DNA of 36,403 nucleotides from Chitinophagaceae bacterium (GCA_035644775.1 DASQNW010000353.1:1-36403), one strand, 5' to 3'. Positions 1 to 8,346 are shown, counted from the first letter of the stretch. Notes: a model not told the origin generated them from the sequence alone. Translations and numbers: made by a program.

Positions 1-2
1 AT

Positions 3-611
3 TAATGGCTTTAATCGCGACAACAATCCTATGTATTTTAATGGAGTAGTTGGTCTTGAGTAGGGGTGGGAGAGTAGGCCGGCTGCCCCGGGCGCCCTTT
101 CGACATCTGGAATCCAACACTGACAAAAATGGTTTATGAACCTGTAGTTCAGGTACTGCATTAAGTTGCCAAAAAAAGGCGTCTGTATGCGCAACTGGTG
201 GGTTATAAAGATTGAATAAATACGACTGTGGTACAATCCATAACGATTGTCAGAAATCACCGCATCAATCTCGTGTTGTACGATTACTTCTTTGAGCCAT
301 TGGTGTTCATGAGATATAGAATGTAAGATTTTGGGAATTTGCAGAAACATCTTCACTATCAGAGCCGTTTTTGTTTTCGCATAAGAAATCTTATAACCAC
401 GAAGGTGCAGGAAGGTGAGGTTCGGGAACTCTTCTTTAAGCAGCACAGAAATTGCCCCTTCAGAGGCAATAATGACTTCGAAGCCAGAGTGTAACAGTTC
501 ATTAATTATTGGAATGCAGCGGGTGGCGTGCCCCAGGCCCCAGTCAAGCGGTGCAACGAGTATTTTCTTTTGGCCGACAGTTCCCTTCAGTTCACAAAAA
601 AAATCTCCCAT
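3..611 (-). CDS. GT-B fold glycosyltransferase (GT28/MurG-like Bacteroidota family), N-terminal part, runs off the window edge
   Basis: Not in the ORF track. Hand translation from ATG at 611 gives MGDFFCELKGTVGQKKILVAPLDWGLGHATRCIPII...VISDNRYGL...ITHQL...CWIPD...LSHP, with the frame open to the window start. Confidence 0.85.
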   Translation of the reverse strand, partial: MGDFFCELKGTVGQKKILVAPLDWGLGHATRCIPIINELLHSGFEVIIASEGAISVLLKEEFPNLTFLHLRGYKISYAKTKTALIVKMFLQIPKILHSISHEHQWLKEVIVQHEIDAVISDNRYGLYHSRIYSIFITHQLRIQTPFFGNLMQYLNYRFINHFCQCWIPDVERAPGAAGLLSHPYSRPTTPLKYIGLLSRLKPL

Positions 612-669
612 TTCATCTAAAGGATGGTGCATTTTTCCCAAAATACTTTAATTTAGGTATGCAATATTT

Positions 670-807
670 ATGAAAAGATCTTTTTTAATCGTCCTGCTTG
701 CCTCCGCTTCTCTATTGTTTGCCAGCTGTGGTAAAAACTATTACACAAGTTCCGGCAAAGGAAGTAATTGCGGTTGTCCAAGCAAGAAAGGTATGGTTGG
801 ATATTAA
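670..807 (+). CDS. Small 45-aa lipoprotein with a C-terminal CGCP motif
   Basis: Hand translation MKRSFLIVLLASASLLFASCGKNYYTSSGKGSNCGCPSKKGMVGY*: basic N-terminus, hydrophobic core and lipobox FASC. It is below the ORF-track size cutoff. Confidence 0.8.
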   Translation: MKRSFLIVLLASASLLFASCGKNYYTSSGKGSNCGCPSKKGMVGY

Positions 808-818
808 ACGATCAAACA

Positions 819-1052
819 ATGAAAGACCGCGATTTACTTGTCCTTGTTAGAGCAAACTCAGAGTCTGAGTCTCTTGAGCAGGCAGTTGAATGTCTGAATA
901 AAATTCTTTCGGTTGTAGAAAATAGCCAGGTATTTTGCGCCGCACATGAGTTGGTCAGGCGAAACAAAATCACATCCAAACCAAAGTCTATCTTAAAAGC
1001 TGTTGAAAGCGAAGAGCTGAAGCCTTTTCATTTCCTTATAAACCGCAATTAA
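819..1052 (+). CDS. Hypothetical 77-aa protein
   Basis: ORF track 768..1052; the likely start is ATG 819 (MKDRDLLVLV), 11 nt after the lipoprotein stop. No recognisable domain. Confidence 0.7.
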   Translation: MKDRDLLVLVRANSESESLEQAVECLNKILSVVENSQVFCAAHELVRRNKITSKPKSILKAVESEELKPFHFLINRN

Positions 1053-1211
1053 TTATCCTTCAAGCGTAGTAATTATTGTCTATGCTAGGTATTGGTTTGC
1101 AGCCTGGCTGAAACTTTGGCGGCACTTCCCCAATATTCCTGCTGATTTCAAAATTCTTCTTTTGTGCTTCTGTTGGGCACATTTTTTTATGTATACCTGA
1201 AAACAGTTACT

Positions 1212-2051
1212 ATGCTTTGGCAAGGAAGAAGAGGAAGTACAAACGTGGATGACCGCCGTGGTATGGGTGGTAAAGTAGCAGTCGGCGGAGGGCTAATTGG
1301 TGTGATTGCACTCGTCCTCAATTTTCTTCTGGGGGGAGATACTTCCCAATTACCACAGCTGCCTATGCAGAATAGAGAACTCTCTACACAGGAGCAGGCT
1401 GCTGAAGATGAAAGAGCACAGTTTGTGAAAGTTGTTTTAGCCGAAACTGAAGATGTCTGGAACACATTGTTTAGCAAGATGGGCCGGGACTATCCTGAAC
1501 CTACTTTAGTGTTGTTTCGTGATATGGTTCAATCGGCATGTGGTTCGGCAAGTTCTGCTTCTGGTCCATTCTACTGCCCTGCTGATAGAAAAGTTTACAT
1601 TGATCTGTCATTTTACCAGGATCTTCAAAACAGATTTAGTGCGCCAGGAGATTTTGCCATGGCGTACGTAATTGCACATGAGGTAGGACATCATATTCAG
1701 AACCACCTTGGTATTTCTGAAAAGGTGCAGCGGCTGCGCCAGCAGCTAAGCAAGGCTGAGTACAACAAGTATTCTATAATGCTGGAGTTACAAGCTGATT
1801 TTCTTGCCGGAGTTTGGGCCCACCATACCCAGAAAATGAAAAATATTCTTGAACACGGCGATATAGAGGAAGCGTTAAACGCAGCCAATGCAATTGGCGA
1901 TGACCGGTTGCAGAAAGAAGCGCAAGGCCATGTAGTGCCAGAATCGTTCACACACGGAACTTCAAAGCAAAGGATGTACTGGTTTAAAAAGGGCTATCAG
2001 ACCGGTGATATTAACCAGGGAGATACGTTTAATGCTCCGGAACTTCAGTAA
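1212..2051 (+). CDS. ypfJ: YpfJ-family neutral zinc metallopeptidase
   Basis: N-terminal WQGRRGSTNVDDRR, one TM segment, GPFYCPAD, HEVGH (HExxH), ELQAD and SFTHGTS motifs. Start set at ATG 1212. Confidence 0.9.
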   Translation: MLWQGRRGSTNVDDRRGMGGKVAVGGGLIGVIALVLNFLLGGDTSQLPQLPMQNRELSTQEQAAEDERAQFVKVVLAETEDVWNTLFSKMGRDYPEPTLVLFRDMVQSACGSASSASGPFYCPADRKVYIDLSFYQDLQNRFSAPGDFAMAYVIAHEVGHHIQNHLGISEKVQRLRQQLSKAEYNKYSIMLELQADFLAGVWAHHTQKMKNILEHGDIEEALNAANAIGDDRLQKEAQGHVVPESFTHGTSKQRMYWFKKGYQTGDINQGDTFNAPELQ

Positions 2052-2244
2052 TCCAGTGGAGTGTCTTGCAGAAAAAACCACATTATTGGTTTCTGAGTAG
2101 TACCGCGTTGACAATTTCGTAATTGTACTGCCACTTCCAAAGTGCTAGTACCTGATTTTGCATGCGCCCTATGATAATAGATAATCTTCTGCTACTTTAA
2201 CTTTCGAATTGCTGCTAAAGCATCCATACCCTAAAAAAACCGCC

Positions 2245-2937
2245 ATGAGCATCAATACCATCCTTGGTATAGTATCAACAATTGCTTTTCTACTGCCACC
2301 ATTGATCATTCTATACTCAAGGCTATTCGTAAATGTCAGCCTGCTTGCCCTTGTCGTTTATTTTCTTTCAGCCATTATGTTCAACCTGGTTTCGGAGAAC
2401 GTTATCGTGGTGCCGGAACACGTAAAAAGAAATCTGGTTCTTGTTCATACATATACCAATATTCCGCTGATGCTGATTTCAATGTTTTTATTCAGTTCTG
2501 AAAACTGGAAGGATAAAATGTTGGTTGCGGCACTAAGCAGCTTCATTGCCTATGAACTGATTGTTCTTTTTAATCCAAACTTAAACGTCAATAGCTATAA
2601 ATACATTACTGGCCCTGGTATACTCATGGTATTCCTTTTTAGTGTACATTTTTTTATCACCAACATCAGGCATACCATCATACAGGGGAAGGGGCTTGGA
2701 AAAACACTTGTCGTTGCTGCCATTCTCTTTGGCTATGGATGTTACCTGATCGTTTACATCTTCGACTTCCTTGTGCAGACGCCGAACAAGGCCGATGTTC
2801 TTACAATCTACTACATATCCTCCACCATTTTTGCAGGCATTATGTCAGCGGGTTTGGTATGGCTCAAAAAACGCTATAGAGAAATTCAGGAAGTTCGAAC
2901 CACCCGTAAGGAATTGCACATGTTTTTCAATAATTAA
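2245..2937 (+). CDS. Hypothetical polytopic membrane protein (about 7 TM)
   Basis: Successive hydrophobic segments and a short charged C-terminal helix. ATG 2245 follows an A-rich leader. Confidence 0.75.
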   Translation: MSINTILGIVSTIAFLLPPLIILYSRLFVNVSLLALVVYFLSAIMFNLVSENVIVVPEHVKRNLVLVHTYTNIPLMLISMFLFSSENWKDKMLVAALSSFIAYELIVLFNPNLNVNSYKYITGPGILMVFLFSVHFFITNIRHTIIQGKGLGKTLVVAAILFGYGCYLIVYIFDFLVQTPNKADVLTIYYISSTIFAGIMSAGLVWLKKRYREIQEVRTTRKELHMFFNN

Positions 2938-2938
2938 T

Positions 2939-4717
2939 TTACAAGGCATACCCATTCCTATCTATCAGAGTGTCCGCTATTCTACGCCGGGCATCTTTGC
3001 TATTGAAAGGCTGCATCTTAGTAAACCTTCTGATACCCATTAGCAGCATCCGTTGCTCATCACCGTCAGCAAAAGCATTGATTGCATCTTTGCCACTTTT
3101 TCCAATCCGGTCTGCTGCATCATACAGATAGCCGTTTAGGATATCCATATAAATTGTGTGTTCACCACTACTGTTTAATTTCATTACACGTTGCAAGAGA
3201 CTTTCCGACACAAATGCCTCAATACACATGTCTGCAATGTTCATGATGATCTCCTGCTCTTTTTCAAGATTCATCATCAGCTTCTGAACTGCAGCACCGG
3301 CTGTAAGCAAAATGGATTTTTTGAAATTGTCGACCAGTTTTTGCTGCACGCCAAATGGTGTTTCGTCAGTGCTGCCGAAATCGGGAATGCTCATCAGCTC
3401 CTGCTGCACACTCGCTGCTGATACCATTAGGTTCAGCCGGCCTTGCATGGCTCTTTTCAGCGTCATGTCTACTATAAGTAGTCTGTTTATTTCATTGGTT
3501 CCTTCAAAAATTCTGTTGATTCGGCTGTCGCGATATGCTCTTGAAATATTGTACTCTGCACTAAATCCGTTTCCCCCATGAATTTGAACTCCCTCGTCTA
3601 CGGCATAATCTAAAGTTTCACTGCCGAACACCTTTAGTATAGCACATTCGATGGCATATTCCTCTGCCCCGGCAAGCAATGCCTCGTTGAATGGTTTGCC
3701 GGTTGCAAGCAGTTCCTGCTCTTTTTCGTCGATCCACTTTGCAGTTCTATACAAGGCACTTTCACCTGCAAAAACATTGATGGCCATTTGCGCCAGTTTG
3801 TGTTTGATTGCGCCGAAAGAAGCAATAGGGGTTTTGAACTGTTCTCTGGTTTTTGCATAACGAACAGATTCGGTGATGGCCACCTTGGCACCACCCAAAG
3901 CAGCAGCACATAACTTCAGCCGTCCAATATTCAAAATGTTGAATGCTATTTTATGACCTTTCCCCGCTTCTCCCAAGAGGTTTTCGACTGGTACCTTGCA
4001 GTCCTGAAAGTAAAGCTGAACCGTAGAAGAACCTTTGATACCCATCTTTTGTTCCTCTGGTCCTTGTGTGAAACCTTCGAAATCTCTTTCAACAATAAAA
4101 GCAGAAAACTTTTCACCATCAATTTTTGCGAATATGGTAAATACGTCTGCAAACCCACCGTTGGTGATCCAGCATTTTTGTCCATTTAGCAGATAGTATT
4201 TACCATCTTCACTGAGACGGGCTGATGTTTTTGCACTGAGTGCATCACTGCCACTATTCGGTTCTGTCAAGCCGTAAGCACCTACCCATTCGCCACTTAT
4301 TAGTTTGGGTAAGTAACGGTGCTTTTGTTCTGTTGTGCCAAAATACAGTATAGGTAGCGTGCCAATGCCCGTGTGCGCAGCTATGGCAACAGAGAATGAG
4401 TGGCCGGCACCCAGGTATTCATTGATGATAGTTGAAGTAATAAAGTTTTTACCAAGCCCACCATACTCCTCGGGGAATGATGCAGCCAGCAGCCCCTGTT
4501 CGCCTGCCTTCACCAACAGCGAACGCATCAATCCGGGTTTGAGTTCATCCAGTTGCTCTATGTTCGGATGAACCTCTGTTCGCAGAAACTGCTCGCACAT
4601 ATCGCGAATCATTTTTTCCTCCTCAGAAAAATCTTCCGGCACGAAGTTGAGATGAGCATCAGTTTTTTTGATCAGCCATTCGCCACCTTTTAAGGTGCTG
4701 GTGTTTATAGTATTCAT
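2939..4717 (-). CDS. Acyl-CoA dehydrogenase (long, VLCAD-like, 592 aa)
   Basis: LTEPNSGSDA, GQKCWITNG, QIHGGNGF and RIFEGTNEINR motifs. Confidence 0.95.
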   Translation of the reverse strand: MNTINTSTLKGGEWLIKKTDAHLNFVPEDFSEEEKMIRDMCEQFLRTEVHPNIEQLDELKPGLMRSLLVKAGEQGLLAASFPEEYGGLGKNFITSTIINEYLGAGHSFSVAIAAHTGIGTLPILYFGTTEQKHRYLPKLISGEWVGAYGLTEPNSGSDALSAKTSARLSEDGKYYLLNGQKCWITNGGFADVFTIFAKIDGEKFSAFIVERDFEGFTQGPEEQKMGIKGSSTVQLYFQDCKVPVENLLGEAGKGHKIAFNILNIGRLKLCAAALGGAKVAITESVRYAKTREQFKTPIASFGAIKHKLAQMAINVFAGESALYRTAKWIDEKEQELLATGKPFNEALLAGAEEYAIECAILKVFGSETLDYAVDEGVQIHGGNGFSAEYNISRAYRDSRINRIFEGTNEINRLLIVDMTLKRAMQGRLNLMVSAASVQQELMSIPDFGSTDETPFGVQQKLVDNFKKSILLTAGAAVQKLMMNLEKEQEIIMNIADMCIEAFVSESLLQRVMKLNSSGEHTIYMDILNGYLYDAADRIGKSGKDAINAFADGDEQRMLLMGIRRFTKMQPFNSKDARRRIADTLIDRNGYAL

Positions 4718-4727
4718 GGTTGCCAGT

Positions 4728-5171
4728 TTACTTGTTTAGATTATCATAAACGGTTTGCAATACTTCTTTGCATACGGAGATGTGCTCTTGCGGAACACCT
4801 TCCAGTGCTTCATTTAAAGTTTCTTCAGCAAGTGCCATTGTCTCCTCTTGTAGCTTCTGGGCAGTTTTTGTAAGCTGCACTTTGTTTATTCTTCTGTCAT
4901 TGTGAGCGGGCACTCTTTTTACCAGGCCCAGCCGCTCCAGATTATCAATTAGCCTTGTGATGCTTGGTTTGTCTCGAAAAGTGGCATTGCACAACTCCTG
5001 CTGGCTTTTCCCATCTTCTTTCCATAGGTGGTAGAGAACGCTCCATTGTTCTATGGTAAGGTTAAGGCCTGAGCTATTAAACTTTTTCTGAAGGCGCCTT
5101 GCGATGGCAGTGGACGCTTTGCCAGTTATAAAGCTGTATAATTCTCCTCTTTTAAATTGGTTGTTGGTCAT
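4728..5171 (-). CDS. MarR-family transcriptional regulator
   Basis: LTIEQWSVL...SQQEL...DKPSITRLIDNLER...DRR winged helix. ATG 5171 is preferred over the track start at 5219, which lies upstream of the predicted promoter. Confidence 0.92.
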   Translation of the reverse strand: MTNNQFKRGELYSFITGKASTAIARRLQKKFNSSGLNLTIEQWSVLYHLWKEDGKSQQELCNATFRDKPSITRLIDNLERLGLVKRVPAHNDRRINKVQLTKTAQKLQEETMALAEETLNEALEGVPQEHISVCKEVLQTVYDNLNK

Positions 5172-5173
5172 AC

Positions 5174-5220
5174 AGTTGTTTATGCAACTATCTAAGATAA
5201 TCATTTTCCGTAAAGACAAA
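5174..5220 (-). promoter_or_regulatory. marR promoter (TTTG, 17 nt, TATCTTAG) with overlapping inverted repeat AGTTG-N6-CAACT, putative MarR operator
   Basis: -7-like element at 5199-5192, TTTG at 5220-5217, and the palindrome at 5174-5189 between the promoter and the ATG. Confidence 0.6.
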
Positions 5221-5261
5221 AAACAGCACTTTCTCGAAAATATGGCGATAGTTTTGGCCTG

Positions 5262-6377
5262 ATGTTGCTTATTGTTACTGCTTCTTTTTTGTTTGTGTAT
5301 GCTGCTCTCATAGGATTCTATCTTTATCAGTGGCTACAAACAGAGGAGTTTGAGATAGGAGAAGAAGAATCGGTGAGCATTTCTGTTGTTATTGCTGCAA
5401 GAAATGAAGCAGAAAACATAGGCACGCTTCTCAGGTGCTTGCAAGCTCAGAGCTATCCGGAAGCGCTTTACGAAGTGATTGTGGTAGATGATTTTTCAAC
5501 AGACGACACTGCAAGAGTTCTAAGAAGCTTTGAATGGCAGCTTTTGAGAATTATAACACCGGGCGTTGAAGAACATAAATCCTCTAAAAAAATCTGCCTG
5601 GAGGCAGGCATTAAGGCGGCAACGGGCGATCTGATCGTAGTAACAGATGCAGACTGCGTGGTACCAGAACATTGGCTTCGTTATATCGCAGGTTTTCAAC
5701 AGCAGAGAAACGCAGTTTTTATCGCAGCTCCTGTTAAGCTGAAGACCTACACACGTCTTTTAAGTATATTTCAATCACTTGATTTTATCACCTTACAAGG
5801 AATTACGGCAGCTAGTGTGAGAGCAAATTTTCACAGCATGTGTAATGGTGCAAACCTGGCTTACCTAAAAACCGCATTTTTCGAAGTCAATGGTTTTGCC
5901 GGAATTGACAAAATAGCTTCTGGTGATGATATGCTGCTTATGTATAAGATCTGGAGTAAGCATCCAGATCGTGTGCATTATCTGAAAACCAGGAGAGCGA
6001 TTGTAGAAACAACACCTATGGAGACATGGAAAAGCTTTTTCTACCAGCGTGTGAGGTGGTCAAGCAAAGCAACTTACTACCAGGATCGCCGGGTGTCGGC
6101 GGTGCTACTATTCGTGTATCTTTTGAATTTCTTGTTTTTTGTTTTGCTGGTTGTTGCGTTCTGCTGGCCCGGGGGATGGACAATGCTTATGATTTACCTT
6201 GTGGGGAAAGTAGTGATTGAGCTCCCCTTCGTTTATATAATTTCAAGGTTTTATGGCGAAGAAAAGTGGATGATCTTCTTTCCTTTTCTGCAGCCGCTTC
6301 ACATCACCTACGTGGTTGTTGTTGGCCTCCTGAGTCAGTTTGGGGCATATGAATGGAAGGGGCGTAGAACAAAATAA
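5262..6377 (+). CDS. Family 2 glycosyltransferase, membrane-bound
   Basis: VVIAARNE, VDDFSTD, TDAD, GANLAY, SGDD and QRVRW (QxxRW) motifs, with N- and C-terminal TM segments. Confidence 0.93.
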   Translation: MLLIVTASFLFVYAALIGFYLYQWLQTEEFEIGEEESVSISVVIAARNEAENIGTLLRCLQAQSYPEALYEVIVVDDFSTDDTARVLRSFEWQLLRIITPGVEEHKSSKKICLEAGIKAATGDLIVVTDADCVVPEHWLRYIAGFQQQRNAVFIAAPVKLKTYTRLLSIFQSLDFITLQGITAASVRANFHSMCNGANLAYLKTAFFEVNGFAGIDKIASGDDMLLMYKIWSKHPDRVHYLKTRRAIVETTPMETWKSFFYQRVRWSSKATYYQDRRVSAVLLFVYLLNFLFFVLLVVAFCWPGGWTMLMIYLVGKVVIELPFVYIISRFYGEEKWMIFFPFLQPLHITYVVVVGLLSQFGAYEWKGRRTK

Positions 6378-6390
6378 TTATCTTTCTTCA

Positions 6391-7476
6391 ATGAAGCTTG
6401 TTGCGCCACCTGCACGAAGAACCTGGCTCCTGCGCCTTAGGAGAAACAAAGCGGCAATGGTAGGGGTGGTGGTGATTGCATTAGCTGTGGTAACGGCGAT
6501 TTTTGCTTATTTGCTGGCGCCCGACCACTCTCCCTATGCCAACAGAATTATTCTGGAAATAGGAGGTCAGAAGCCGGGGTTTACTCAACGCTTCCTTCTC
6601 ATGAAAAAAGATAGGCAGCAAGGGAATTCCATCTTACAGCAGCTGATTCACGGCAGGCCGGATGATTACGAATTCATTCCCATAGCAGGGTGGCGGCACC
6701 ACGGTGACAGCATCATTGTAGATAAATATATTGACGTGGGTATTTCTGAAAAAATAAGCTTTCACCTTTCTCATTTAGCTAAGCAGCCGGTGGTGAGGAG
6801 AAAGTTTGTGTTAGGTACCGATCGTTACGGACGCGATATTCTGAGCCGGCTGATCATTGGTACACGTGTTAGCCTAAGTGTGGGGTTGATCACGGTTGTG
6901 ATCTCTCTAACGATCGGCATTTTTCTCGGCTCTTTAGCTGGATATTTCGGCGGCAGGACAGATGACGTCGTCATGTGGCTGATAAATGTAATCTGGAGCA
7001 TCCCCACTTTACTACTGGTCTTTGCATTTACGCTGCTGCTTGGTAAAGGATTTTGGCAGGTGTTTGTTGCCGTTGGCCTTACCATGTGGGTGAATGTGGC
7101 GCGTTTGGTGCGGGGGCAAGTGATGGTAACCAAGCAACTTCAGTATGTAGAAGCCGCCCGGGCTTTAGGCTTTCCAAACAGTAGAATAATAGCTCGGCAC
7201 ATCTTACCCAATATTATGGGGCCGGTGCTGGTGATTGCTGCGGCCAACTTTGCATCGGCGATTGTAATAGAGGCGGGATTAAGCTTTTTAGGAATTGGAG
7301 TGCAACCGCCCCAGCCAAGCTGGGGATTGATGATCAAGGAGAATTATAACTTCATCATTACTCAAAATCCTATGCTTGCGCTTGCGCCAGGTTTCGCCAT
7401 CATGTTGCTGGTGCTATCTTTTAATCTTCTTGGCAACGGATTGAGAGACGCGTTGAATGTGAGGGCAAAGATTTGA
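6391..7476 (+). CDS. Peptide/nickel ABC transporter permease (DppC/OppC-like)
   Basis: LGTDRYGRDILSRL, EAARALG (EAA loop), HILPN, LSFLGIG, PSWG and NLLGNGLRD motifs. Start set at ATG 6391. Confidence 0.92.
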   Translation: MKLVAPPARRTWLLRLRRNKAAMVGVVVIALAVVTAIFAYLLAPDHSPYANRIILEIGGQKPGFTQRFLLMKKDRQQGNSILQQLIHGRPDDYEFIPIAGWRHHGDSIIVDKYIDVGISEKISFHLSHLAKQPVVRRKFVLGTDRYGRDILSRLIIGTRVSLSVGLITVVISLTIGIFLGSLAGYFGGRTDDVVMWLINVIWSIPTLLLVFAFTLLLGKGFWQVFVAVGLTMWVNVARLVRGQVMVTKQLQYVEAARALGFPNSRIIARHILPNIMGPVLVIAAANFASAIVIEAGLSFLGIGVQPPQPSWGLMIKENYNFIITQNPMLALAPGFAIMLLVLSFNLLGNGLRDALNVRAKI

Positions 7477-7507
7477 TGAGCAGTAAGTTATTCCTGCAAG
7501 CATCACT

Positions 7508-7981
7508 CTATTCTTCCATCGTAACCTCTATGTTCCTGTTTAGGCTTTCCTCCAGCGAAATGAAGGTTTCAGTGCGTTCAATGCCCTTGATTTTTTGCAG
7601 TTCATCATGGAGCACTCGTCTCAATTGGCTTATGTCTTTGCAGACTACTTCAGCGAAGATGCTGTAGTTGCCGGTAGTATAATTCATGCGTACGATCTCT
7701 CGGATCTTCTTGAGGTCCTTCGCCACTACATCATACAAAGAACTTTTTTCTAGGTAAATACCTATAAAAGCAATTACGTCATACCCCATCTTTTTCAGGT
7801 CCACATGAAGTCGCGTTCCCGTTACAATGCCACTGTCTTGCATTTTCTTGATTCTTACGTGTACTGTACCTGGTGATACGAATAACTTTTTGCCCAGATC
7901 TGCATACGATATATTTGCATCCTGCATGAGGTGCTGCAAAATTTGAAGGTCGAGTTTATCAATGTTCAAATGAGCTGCCAT
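7508..7981 (-). CDS. asnC: AsnC-like Lrp-family transcriptional regulator
   Basis: IDKLD...VSPGTVHVR...GYDVIAFIGI...YTTGNYSIF...TETFI closely matches E. coli AsnC as I recall it (VSPGTIHVR, GYDVGCFIGI, YTTGHYSIF). Confidence 0.88.
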   Translation of the reverse strand: MAAHLNIDKLDLQILQHLMQDANISYADLGKKLFVSPGTVHVRIKKMQDSGIVTGTRLHVDLKKMGYDVIAFIGIYLEKSSLYDVVAKDLKKIREIVRMNYTTGNYSIFAEVVCKDISQLRRVLHDELQKIKGIERTETFISLEESLNRNIEVTMEE

Positions 7982-8066
7982 TTTTCGGAACATTTTTGGA
8001 TGTTATCTATTAAATACCCCAATATATTGAACGTTAGCTAATTTTATTCTCCTCTTGTTGAAAAAT

Positions 8067-8097
8067 TTTGAAATAGGGCAGAAGCTTTTTATCTTTG
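8067..8097 (+). promoter_or_regulatory. Bacteroidota housekeeping promoter (-33 TTTG, -7 TAnnTTTG) driving the tRNA-like RNA
   Basis: TTTG at 8067-8070, 19-nt spacer, TATCTTTG at 8090-8097: a full consensus match. Confidence 0.8.
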
Positions 8098-8134
8098 ATC
8101 TCGTTAAAGCTCATTGATTTTTTCATATCTACAC

Positions 8135-8294
8135 TGTGGGGTGATGAAACTCTTGGCAGACATGCCCTCTTGTCTCGGGGGTGGGGATCACAAGATAAAG
8201 TCAGGATATAGCCGGTTTGCGCCGACAGGGGTTGACCACCAAGCGCTGTCTTGTACCTAATTGCTCCGTGGAGGTTCGACTCCTCCCCCTACAG
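8135..8294 (+). ncRNA. tRNA-like RNA with anticodon GTC (Asp) and an 88-nt variable arm
   Basis: Acceptor TGTGGGG/CCCTACA followed by G; D-arm ATG-AAACTCTTGGCAGA-CAT; anticodon arm CCCTC-TTGTCTC-GGGGG; T-arm GGAGG-TTCGACT-CCTCC; insert at 8182-8269. Confidence 0.85.
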
Positions 8295-8308
8295 CGAACT
8301 TCGAATGC

Positions 8309-8346
8309 AAAAGCCCTATTTATCAATTGATTATGGGGCTTTTTTT
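8309..8346 (+). terminator. Intrinsic terminator after the tRNA-like RNA
   Basis: AAAAGCCCTAT...ATGGGGCTTTT stem followed by a T-run. Confidence 0.75.

Noticed and set aside
1173-1190. Sigma-54-like GGCAC upstream of ypfJ
   Set aside because: The -12 element lacks the conserved G, so the match is too weak.
8135-8294. Reading the RNA as tmRNA, tRNA-Sec, ordinary tRNA-Asp or an intron-containing tRNA
   Set aside because: It has a full anticodon arm, is too short for tmRNA and shows no tag ORF. The anticodon is GTC rather than TCA and the D-stem is 3 bp. The 88-nt insert is in the variable region rather than the anticodon loop and is too small for a group I intron.
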